Shown piece by piece: positions 41,031 through 52,700 of a stretch of 64,000 nucleotides of DNA. Both the position numbers and the translations under genes were made by a program. Under the pieces are notes generated by a model. The model was not told the DNA's origin and searched no databases. It saw only the letters and a list, made by a program, of their open reading frames with translations. The DNA comes from Antedon mediterranea (Eukaryota > Animalia > Echinodermata), in contig NC_092670.1 in NCBI RefSeq assembly GCF_964355755.1, forward strand, positions 24,166,795-24,230,794. Direction: 5' to 3'. Each line of letters begins with the position of its first letter. The stretch's first letter is position 1.

Positions 41031-42667
41031 TCATTATGTTAGTTAATATGTACAGCAAGTTGCACTGGCAATGCAACGAATAGAAAACACTGGCATCAAT
41101 ACCAATACAACTACACAGTACAAACAGTGAATAGAGGCAAATTGGGCTGTCTACCTGACTGTGCACAATACCACAAAGTGAATAAGTGCAAATTTGGCTT
41201 TAAACTAGACTGTGCTGTAGACTCATAACTTACTTTTAATGTGCACAATATCAACATCCTCATGACATTTCTATGGGAATTTTTTTCCAATAGCATGCAT
41301 GACAACCTGTGGATAGAAGCACAATGACTGATTAGGACATATTTCTTAGTTAAATCATGGACCTATAAATTAGATTAATTTATAGGTCCATGGTTAAATT
41401 ATCAAGTTAAAATAGACAGCTAGTAGTAGACAAATCATTTAATGATATTATGTTAGTTGATATGCTGTGTAGGCCTACATCAAGTTGTACTGGCAATGCA
41501 ACTAATATAAAACTACAAAGCACAAACAGTGAATAGAGGCAAATTTGGCTGTACATGGCTGTTTAGTAAAATCACAACTTACTTTTAATATCAACATCCT
41601 CATGATATTTCTCTGGAAATGCTGCAAGTTCAATAGGAACAAACTGTGGACAGAAACAAAATGATAATGCCTAATTAAGACATGTTTAGTAATTAAACTA
41701 TGAAGTCTAAAATAGACAGCTAGTAGACTAGTATTTTAGAGCTAGTATTTTATCTTCAACAAGTTGTACTGAAAATGCAACTAATATTAAAAACCCAGCA
41801 ATTTATAGCTTGTTGACAAACCATCAAATCATTTTGTTAGTTACATGGCATGTACAAAAAGTTGTACTGGCATTGTACTAATATAAAATAAAACTCTCAG
41901 GTACAGTTACAATGATATACTGTAAAATCTTTTATTTTCATGGCACTAAATTTTTGCAATTTCATGATTTCAAGCATTTCGCCATTTTGATTTTCATAGT
42001 GGAGCCTTTTTCGTCCATAAGTTTTTCAACATACACTTAATAATTGTAGCAAAACCATAATGCTAAGTTTTAACCAAAATATTTTGCTTAGTATTAAAAT
42101 TGTTATTTGGCTAGGGCTAGCTTAGCAGCCATAGCCTGCCTAGTTTTCAAAGCATTTTAGTTAGAATTTTACTCACTATGCCTAGGCCTATGCTGGTATA
42201 ATATTCATAACAATACAGTATTTCCCTCGATTTGTTTTAAAAACTACACATCAACCCTACCATATATATTAACTGTCAATAATTACTGTTTAACAAGAGG
42301 TCAAACTATAGCCTGAGAACACATCAACACGGTATCGGCTAAATTTATGATTCTTCAACTCGCCTTTTTTTTCAGAATACCTTTTTTTCCGATTTTCATT
42401 ACACGTCATCTGTGTATTTTTAGCGTGTTAAACATAACTGTAACCTCAAAAGGTTTAGCAGAAAGCCTTAGCAGCAAGTAAGTTGGTAGGTCTAACAAAT
42501 GTTCCATACATTTAAATGTTAAATCAGATTATGTGAATCAAATTTGCTGGCTTATAATTAAACAAGATAGTTGACATCAGACTTCAACTTGTAAGTTTGG
42601 CACGTGTAAACTTGGACACTGGGGAAAAACAGTAAAACTGTCATAACTTGTGAATGATTTTACTTAC

Positions 42668-42800
42668 TTTACAAATTTCAAGAACATGAAGAATTTTCTG
42701 CCGGTGTGTTACCAGCAGACACGACTGGCAGAAATATACTTTTGGACCACAGTCCAAACATCCAAAAAAATTTTCATTATTAAAATCTGCACCACATGAA
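42668..42800 (-). pseudogene. Exon remnant with a CxC2/CxC3-type Cys/His cluster as associated with KDZ transposases
   Basis: CLDCGPKVYFCQSCLLVTHRQKILHVLEICK followed by a GTAAGT donor; the CxxC-x6-CxxC-x4-H-x5-H spacing resembles KDZ-associated clusters (recognised from memory, not searched). Confidence 0.55.
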
Positions 42801-44649
42801 CTGTGGGCCCGCCGGCCCATCATCTTCAGTTTTGGGTCAGTCATAGGCGTTGGGCACAATAGTCTTACCGTTGGGTCTGATAGTTCTAATGTTTAGCTGG
42901 GCTTGGTTGTTTTATATTCTGGTTTGAAAATCTTTTTCAATATTTTAAATAACCAATATTCCATGATCAACTGTTTTATGAGTTCTTATACCTACTTTTC
43001 GACATGCCATGGATAATAAAGAGAGAAACAACTTAAGTTTATCGTTATAATAATAATATTCATTTTTTACCTAATTTACATTTGCAATCTTCAATTTAGT
43101 TGAGTACTGCGTTTATTTATAACATCATTTGACCTCATTTTTCAAAACTGAGGGGAAAAAAAATGTGCAAATTTGTTTAATACAGTAGTACAAATAATCA
43201 TCTGTTTTATAAAATGTTGTTATTATGAATGAACCGATCACTGATTGTCTTTTCCCATTTAAAAAAACAAATTTGCGGCCCAAACGTCCTGAATTAGTAC
43301 ATTAATTAGTTTGTCCTGATCGTCTTGAAATGACCCTCATCATCTGTGAACCTCATTATTAGTTTGACAACCGGCTATGCTTAGCTACTAGCATAGGTTT
43401 AATAGGATCCGTTACGAGTAAGCCAAATAATTAGGTACGGGTTGATTTGGGTACGGGCCCGGGTACGGGTTTTAGCCAAAGTGAGTACGAGTTGACCAAT
43501 TTGGCCCTTGTTGGGTACGAGTTGGCATCCGGGTACAAGTTGGTTTGGATACGGGTTCACCAGCATCCTTGGGGCTATGGCATAGGGCCTGTGGTAGGCG
43601 GGAGGGTCTAGTAGGCTAGGCCTGGCCTACCTACCTAAACAAGGCCCAAAGGCCCTAAGCCTAGCCTAGCTAGGCTATAATCCCTATATAGGCTAGTAGT
43701 AGTACTAAACTAGGCTAGCCTAGTAGACTATCTAGGGGATTCTAGAGGGCTATCATAACCTACTACTAGATGGTCAGTTTATTCAATAGTTAATGTACAT
43801 CTAATAGAATTTTAAGGGACAAAGACAACCAAGTGGGAATTGATCAAGCAGATAGATCCTAACTAACAACATTGGTACGAATGAGGGACGAATTGACCAG
43901 ACCGATTCAATTCAGCAATTGGTCTAGGTGCACACGGCACGTACGTAATGTGGTAGCTGGTTGATGGCCAGCAGGCGCGACAACTTGTTAACACAGTTTT
44001 ACATCGCTATAATATACAGTATCTACTATACAATTAAGTTTTAATATAACTAAGCTTATATAATATTATAGGCAGGATAATGCATCACTTGATATTTTTT
44101 ATACTTAATTTAAATAGTTTATACGTAAGTATTATTTTTAATTTATGTCAAAAGATGACCTTTTGATACGCGATTTTTAAAAAAAATATCACTTAATCTG
44201 TCAATAAAAAATTAATAGATATAATATGTCAGGCAAGTAAAAAAATGTAATAATGCATTTAATTAAAGTGTAAATGAAATGTCCATGCAACTGATATTAC
44301 AATATATTTACAAATATGATCAAAATAATATTAATTGAAATTATTCATTCAGTCTGCTGGTTGCCGGTGTAAGATTGAAATGTGTCCATCATTCAAAAGT
44401 GTCCGGGTGGACACTTTTCAGCATTGGATAGTGTCCAATTGCATGTTTCAACGGGTTCGCGGGCGTTTTCCAACAATTTAATGCTGTCCGGCGCGTTTAA
44501 TAATGTCTGACCCTTGGATTGAATACCGTCCGTGGTTGAGATTTGAGATTCAGGTTTTGATCGTGATTGCGCATGCACTTGTCTTTTTTTAACGACCACT
44601 ATTTGTTAATAATGCCAAACTAGTTTTTATTTTTCAAAGATAACTTGGC

Positions 44650-47260
44650 TTAAAACACCTCCAATTAGCGACCATTATATTATTTGGTATGAATAAAGAC
44701 AAGAAGAATAAATAACAATATAATAATAATCATGTAATAAAAACAAGTAATTATACTGGTCCTCTTCCAATTAAAGAACACTTTAGTTTAGACACTTCCA
44801 ATTAGCGACCATTTTTATTGTTTTGTATGAGTAAAGACAAGAGTAATAATAGTTTTTAATCATGTGACAAAAAACAAGTAATTGTACTGGTCCTCTTCCA
44901 ATTAAAGATCACTTAAAATTAAACACTTCCAATTAGCGACCGTTTTATTATTTTGTATGAGTAAAGACAAGAATAATAAATAGTTTATAATCATGTGATA
45001 AAAAACAAGTAATTGTACTGGTCCTCTTCCAATTAAAGATCACTTAAATTTAAACACTTCCAATTAGCGACCGTTATTATTGTTTTGTATGAATAGAAAC
45101 AAGAAGAATAAATAGATTTTAATCATGTGATAAAAAACAAGCAATTGTACTGGTCCTCTTCCAATTAAAGATCACTTTAATTTAAACACTTCCAATTAGC
45201 GACCGTTATATTATTTTGTATGAATAAAGGCAAGAATAATAAATAGATTTTAATCATATGACAAAAAACAAGTAATTGTACTGGTCCTCTTTCAATTAAA
45301 GATCACTTTACTTTAAGACACTTCCAATTAGCGACCGTTATATTGTTTTGTATGAGTACAGACAAGAAGAATAAATAGATTTTAATCATGTGATAAAAAA
45401 CAAGTAATTGTACTGGTCCTCTTCCAATTAAAGGTCACTTTACTGTAAGACACTTCCAATTAGCGACCGTTATATTATTTTGTATGAGTACAGACAAGAA
45501 GAATAAATAGATTTTAATCATGTGATAAAAAATAAGTAATTGTACTGGTCCTCTTCCAATTAAAGGTCACTTTACTTCAAGAAACTTCCATTTAGCGACC
45601 GTTATATTATTTTGTATGAATAAAGACAAGAATAATAAATAGTTTATAATCATGTGATATAAAATAAGTAATTGTACGGGTACTCTTCCAATTAAAGGTC
45701 ACTTTACTGTAAGACACTTCCAATTAGCGACCGTTATATTATTTTGTATGAGTACAGACAAGAAGAATAAATAGATTTTAATCATGTGATAAAAAACAAG
45801 TAATTGTACTGGTCCTCTTCCAATGAAAGATCACTTTACTTTAAGACACTTCCAATTAGCGACCGTTATATTATTTTTTATGAATAAAAACAAGAAGCAT
45901 AAATAGTTTATAATCATGTGATATAAAATAAGTAATTGTACTGGTCCTCTTCCAATTAAAGGTCACTTTACTGTAAGACACCTCCAATTAGCGACCGTTA
46001 TATTATTTTGTATGAGTACAGACAATTAGAAGAATAAATAGATTTTAATCATGTGATAAAAAACAAGTAATTGTACTGGTCCTCTTCCAATGAAAGATCA
46101 CTTTACTTTAAGACACTTCCATTTAGCGACCGTTATATTATTTTGTATGAGTACAGACAAGAAGAATAAATAGATTTTAATCATGTGATAAAAAACAAGT
46201 AATTGTACTGGTCCTCTTCCAATTAAAGATCACTTTACTTTAAGACACTTCCAATTAGCGACCGTTATATTATTTTGTATGAGTACAGACAAGAAGAATA
46301 AATAGATTTTAATCATGTGATAAAAAATAAGTAATTGTACTGGTCCTCTTCCAATTAAAGGTCACTTTACTGTAAGACACTTCCATTTAGCGACCGTTAT
46401 ATTATTTTGTATGAGTACAGACAAGAAGAATGAATAGATTTTATTCATGTGATAAAAAACAAGTAATTGTACTGGTCCTCTTCCAATGAAAGATCACTTT
46501 ACTTTAAAACACTTCCAATTAGCGACCGTTATATTATTTTTTATGAATAAAAACAAGAAGCATAAATAGTTTATAATCATGTGATATAAAATAAGTAATT
46601 GTACTGGTCCTCTTCCAATTAAAGGTCACTTTACTGTAAGACACCTCCAATTAGCGACCGTTATATTATTTTGTATGAGTACAGACAATTAGAAGAATAA
46701 ATAGATTTTAATCATGTGATAAAAAACAAGTAATTGTACTGGTCCTCTTCCAATGAAAGATCACTTTACTTTAAGACACTTCCATTTAGCGACCGTTATA
46801 TTATTTTGTATGAGTACAGACAAGAAGAATAAATAGATTTTAATCATGTGATAAAAAACAAGTAATTGTACTGGTCCTCTTCCAATTAAAGATCACTTTA
46901 CTTTAAGACACTTCCAATTAGCGACCGTTATATTATTTTGTATGAGTACAGACAAGAAGAATAAATAGATTTTAATCATGTGATAAAAAATAAGTAATTG
47001 TACTGGTCCTTTTCCAATTAAAGGTCACTTTACTTTAAGACACTTCCATTTAGCGACCGTTATATTATTTTGTATGAATAAAGACAAGAAGAATAAATAC
47101 TAGTTAAGACAAGAAGAATAAATAGTTTATAATCATGTGATAAAAAACAAGTAATTGTACGGGTCCTCTTCCAATTATAGATCACTTTAGTTTAAACACT
47201 TCCAATTAGCGACCGTTATATTATTTTGTACGAGTAAAGACAAGAAGAATAAATAGTTTA
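44650..47260. repeat. About 132-bp satellite array, about 20 copies
   Basis: gcgacc recurs at 45331, 45463, 45595 and so on; each unit holds two cttccaatta motifs; diagnostic variants recur 663 bp apart. Confidence 0.97.
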
Positions 47261-47998
47261 CTTGTTTAATCCCCAATCAATTAAAAGTTGCACCTTTTTA
47301 TAATCAACACGATATAGCTGATCTCTTGAAAAAACATAATCAGTTTTACTGAAGTATTATGTTAATTGGTACATTGATCGTCACATCGAGAATATGGTAG
47401 GGGTGTCACACTATGTGCGTCTAGGGTGAATGCAAAGATAATGACATCGATATAGCGCCACATCAACACGTTTTTATGCACCTTTGGTGTAAGTATTTAT
47501 TTTAGTATTTTGTCCTTAAATCAGAATTTATATTCAAAGAAAAAATGACTTGTTATGTAAAAAAACAACAATTCGGTATCTGGAATCTTAAAATTAATGT
47601 ATCTATAAAAATAATTAATATGGGATAGGCCTGAGACCTCATACATTTGTTAATAGGGCTACTTTATTGAACCTTCATTTTATCGGATGTTATAAGAACG
47701 CTTGCTTCAACCGATTCTTTTTTTGAACAGCATTTTGTTTAAAGGCGATTGTGTTATTTTCAATGTTTAATAAACTTCTGGAATTTCAGAGAAACCCATT
47801 TTAATAAACAAAAGCTTCTTATAAAATGTGCTTACTGGATAATGTTTCATACATGTTTGGCTGGTTCAAATTTACTTTACTTTTGCTTTTCCGCTACTCC
47901 CCTGTTATACTATATATTTGTTGTTATGTAGAAAGATTGAAAATAAATTCATTCATTCATTCTTCTTTTATTTCGGAAAAAAAAAATTCTCCATAGTT

Positions 47999-48107
47999 CA
48001 GTAACAAGTGTACATTATTGTAAATATAACAAATACATATACATATATATATATATATATAATATATATGTATTTGTTATATTTACAATAATGTACACTT
48101 GTTACTG
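47999..48107. repeat. Inverted repeat with ~43-bp perfect arms around an (AT)n core
   Basis: cagtaacaagtgtacattattgtaaatataacaaatacatata vs tatatgtatttgttatatttacaataatgtacacttgttactg. Confidence 0.92.
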
Positions 48108-48142
<35 letters not shown>

Positions 48143-48216
48143 TGTGTTCCAACCGTACCACGCCGAGAATGTTAAAGGGTCGTTATCCGGTCGAGTTAAA
48201 GAACAATACCATGAAA

Positions 48217-48288
48217 GCCCCAGTGGTCTAATGGTTAGGGCAACTGCATATCAAGCCGACGGTCCGAGTTCGAGCCTCGGTTGGGGCG
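48217..48288 (+). tRNA. tRNA-like unit, copy 1 (tRNA-derived repeat or pseudogene)
   Basis: A box TGGTCTAATGG, B box GTTCGAGCC, acceptor stem GCCCCAG/TTGGGGC, T run downstream; anticodon stem imperfect. Confidence 0.5.
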
Positions 48289-48482
48289 ACTTTTTCTCAT
48301 TCTCTCAGATTTCCTCATCTTTATCGTTTCAAAAATTAATTAAATCATTTTCAGTGTATCACCGGGCGGTTTGGAATTTATTTCTATGCCTGTTGTGTTT
48401 ACAACTGAGGACTAGTGCTGTTCCGCCGTACCACGCCGAGAATGTTAAAGAGTCGCTATCCAATCGAGTTCGAACCGTGAAA

Positions 48483-48554
48483 GCCCCAGTGGTCTAACGG
48501 TTAGGACATCTGCATATCAAGCAGGCGGTCCGAGTTCGAGTCTCGGTTGGGGCG
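48483..48554 (+). tRNA. tRNA-like unit, copy 2, intact cloverleaf with ATC at the anticodon position
   Basis: Acceptor GCCCCAG/TTGGGGC, D stem GTCT/GGAC, anticodon stem TCTGC/GCAGG with loop ATATCAA, T stem CCGAG/CTCGG; part of a ~266-bp tandem duplication (about 48150-48655). Confidence 0.55.
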
Positions 48555-49781
48555 ACTTTAACTCATTCTCACAGATTTCCTCATCTTTATCGTTTCAAAT
48601 TAATTAATTAAATTTCAGTATATTACCGGGCGGTTTAGAATTAATGTTCTATGCTACATAGTCACGTGGTTAGAACAATAGTTTCATATATCTACTATGT
48701 AGATTGGATGAAGGAAAAGCAAATTCATGAATACATTACAAATAAATGTATGAATTGTGAATTACAAAAATATTAAATGTTGTTGTCTTGTCAGAATGAG
48801 TTGTAAATATGAACGAGTTTTGTAAACATAAATTATATATCATTGATCATTACTTATATTAACAGGATAAAATAATAATAGTGTAATAATAATGAACAAT
48901 AGTTACAGAAAAATATTTATTTATTTATTTATTTATTGCTATTAAAACTTGTTTCAGTAAGTGTGTTTGTATTTATTTTACTTTGTTATTGATCATCATT
49001 GGTCTGGCTACCAATACATTGGAAGCACGCAAGCCTCGCTACCACGTCAAGGTTGATGATCATAGCGAGGGTAGGTTGCACGTTTGTATGTGCCCCTTTG
49101 ACCAAAGAAAACATATTATAGAAGAAAATTGCATAACATTATGAAACAGAATCATATGAGTTGTAAATATGAAAAAGTTTTTTAAACATAAAAATACAAT
49201 AAAAATAAACACTAGTTACAATCTAATTCACGTACTTTTACCTTACCGGACCTTTAGTCGCGTTATTCTTTTATACAATCTGCTTTTTAATTAATTTTTT
49301 AATCCTTGTAGCGATCAAAGCAGGGCGCATGACACATCATTGCATGTTTACACTGGACACACTGTATTTGATCTGTTGTTACCTGCCATTAGACCCCTTG
49401 AGCCTTTGACGTACTTATGCTCAGATATTCGTCTTCCGTTGATTCAATGAAAGATGGTGACGCTTTAATTAGCCGCTGTGGTGAATCTATGTTCTTCTTT
49501 CTGGTCCGACAAATGCAATTGGTATTTCTTCGTCGATGAGTTTCAGACAAAGCCGACAATCTCCTCTTGACGGAAGCACCTGTAAAAAATCAAAGCATTA
49601 ACGAAACTTACCTCTATAAGGTAAACAAATACCCTTTTCACCATTTAATGCTTCTGTGTATGTTGAGATTACCGGTCATAGGTAGGCCTACAGTTAAAGA
49701 GTGACGTTGTATGAATCAACATATAATTGTCCAGGTACTTCATTGTTGCTCTGATGAATCCTTTCCGGGAAATGTTCCATG

Positions 49782-52700
49782 TCACAAAGATTCAATTTTT
49801 TCAAATAGGTTTTTGTTCATGGACATATAGTTTAGTATGTAATCCCGTACAACTACATGGTAGTTCTGGACACCAAAGAGAATATAACTCAAAGCCCTAA
49901 AAAGACAGTTGCCGTCCCCTCTCATATTAACAACTTTAGTAGGCCTGGCTGCCTTGTCCATTTCACATTTTAAGTGAGTTTTGTGAAAATTTTTGACATT
50001 GATACCAAATGGTGCTGCCTTTTCAAGCTGCCAATTGGCATCGACAGGAAAGAATAACTTTCTTGAAGTTTTCGTGTTGAGGTATACCACATCACTATCA
50101 GATACAGGCCTACTGTTGTCATGGTCATCATCCGGTGCGACATTATCATTGTCTAATGTAGGTATGTTATCGTGATTATCCAGTGTGATATCATCGTTCT
50201 TGGATGTAGGTATGTTAATGTGATCATCCGGTGTGATATCATAATTCTTGGATGTAGGTCTGTTATCGTTATCATCAACATTCTTGGATGTAGGTATGTT
50301 AATAATGTGATCATCCGGTGTGATATCACCATTCTTGGATGTAGGTATGTTATCATGGTGCGTTACTTCAGGTGGGATGTCTGGCGTTCGCTTTCGTTTC
50401 TTTGGAGGGAGATGCTTATCATTGGTATTACATTTCTGTTTAGTGCTTGATGATGGACAGTTCAAAGAGGTTGTTTTATCGGACTTGTAATGTCTGATCT
50501 TGTTTCCGTTAACAATAGCCCTTCTTCCTTTTAGTCGATATGTATTGTGAGTGAGGACTTTTTCTATAATATATGGACCAGTCCATCGAGCATTAAGTTT
50601 GCCTCCCTTTCTTGACAAATTTCTGGAATTCTGCAAGAGCACTTGATCTCCTGCATAGTACGTGTTGCTTTTAACACCAGCATCATGATAATGTTTTTGC
50701 TTTTTCTGTGCTTTTTTGATATTTTCTGATGCCTTTCTCCTTGAATCTTTGAGTTTCAAAAAAGCGTCCACTCTTATTTTTAAAGGAACAGTTCCGGATA
50801 TGTCATCTTTATTAGACGAAACGATGGGAATACGTAATTCTACAGGCAACACAGCCTTTCTACCGTAAACTAATGAGAATGGGTCACATTTCGTAGACTT
50901 GTGCTCGGATGTTCTGTAGGCAAACAACACGTATGGGAGTTGTATATCCCAGTCATTTTGGTCTGCGTTGGTCAACGTCATAAGCATTGTGCAAAGTGTT
51001 CTGTTAAAGCGCTCCGTTTGCCCGCCTGTTTGAGGATGGTATGGTGAGGCAACTCTGTGGTCTACCCCAATCAGCTTACAGAAGCTGTCATTCAGCTCAT
51101 TACAAAACTCTCTACCCTGGTCTGTAATCAATATAGAAGGTGTTCCATGTCTGCAGACAAAATCAATAAAAGATCTCAGCACTGTTTTAGCAGATTTATC
51201 TGGAATTGCATCAGCTTCCACCCATTTGGTAAGGTACTCCGTAAATACAAGTAAGTACCGATTACCTGAAACACAGCAAATAATAATATAATAAGCCGTA
51301 ATAATAGTAGTGTCAAAATGTCATGATGAGATGTACAACACCCGAACTGTACGAATGAAATAACAATAATAATAACAATATTAATATCAATAAATATAAT
51401 AAGAACAAGAACAATAATAATATCGTGGATTTACATAGCGCCTAATGTTGTAAAACCTCTATGCGCTGAACAGTATTACCCCAGTCATGGTTTGGATCAA
51501 ATTAAAACAGGCAGAAATAAAGATTATTACAGTATAGCCATAATCGATGTAAATCCGGTGACAATAATAAGAGCATCTGATTCTTGGTAAATCTAGTTTT
51601 TGTTGACAGTGTAAAAAAGAGAACTGTCATAATTTTAGTTTAGTTAACAATTTCAAGAAACCTCACAGAAATTGCGCTTGTGCCTTTACAATAATAAATT
51701 TAAGTTCAGCCCTATTACAATAAAGGCCGAACAGAACTAATTATTAACTGTAATTTTAGGCCCTGAAGAATGAATTACAAAGTTTTCTGAACGTATTTCA
51801 TTCATGTCTTCTTGCTTTTTACTTTTACGTTTTGATTTAGCTTTTTTATCCAGTCACAGCATTTTTGTTTTTCAGTAATTTGTCATGAGATACCTTACCA
51901 TTTTCTGTCTTTACCAAAGGCCCAACAATATCCATACCGATCTGTCTGAAAGCAGTATCTGTTACGGGTATAGGTTGAAGTGGCACTTTTGCTTTTTTTA
52001 AAACTTCTTTCCGTTGGCACTGATCACAGGCGGCTATAAAATTACGAACACCATCAAATGACCCCTTCCAATAATACCTTTCGCGTATCTTTTTCCAACT
52101 GTTAAAAAAAAAAAAAAATGTGTTTATTGTATTGATGATATTCAATCTCTTTGTAGGTTTACTATTGACCTTAAAACTGTATTATGGATTCTTTAAATAT
52201 TTTAATTTTATTTTGTTTTTTAATATTATTTATTATTTATTACCGCAGTTCACATCACCATTCTCATCAATGCATTATAATAACATTACAGTTTGGCGTT
52301 CCATATATTTTAACTTTTCGTTTAAGGCAAGCACTGGGCACAACTGATTAATTAACTTTTAATATTTATCTATGTTTCTAGTTTTTTTATTTGACAATGA
52401 TAAATGAATATTGAAAAGAGAAAAGATACCTTCTATGAAAAATGTCCATCAGTCCGTGATGATTCCGTGTCACATTGTACCAGGGAGATTTACATCTCCC
52501 TGATTGTACCGTGTTTACATTCTAAATACCCCCATATAAACTTCAAATTGAGTGCAGCCTCCCATACAAAATAACTACGCCCTCAATCTGGTAATAATTC
52601 ACTCAGGCAATAAAAAACTAACTTGAAAAGTATAAATAATTAATTGTCCTACTAGAATTATTGTGTACGCTTGGTGAATGTGCGACAGAGTAGATATAAA

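Noticed and set aside
31142-44363. Separate element bounded by CAACCAG/CTGGTTG with CCGG flanks
   Set aside because: These are the inner ends of the large element's two TIRs; the CCGG duplication is explained by the Ginger1 insertion.
44650-47260. CRISPR-like array
   Set aside because: Units are contiguous near-identical 132-bp monomers with no unique spacers, there are no cas genes, and the context is eukaryotic.
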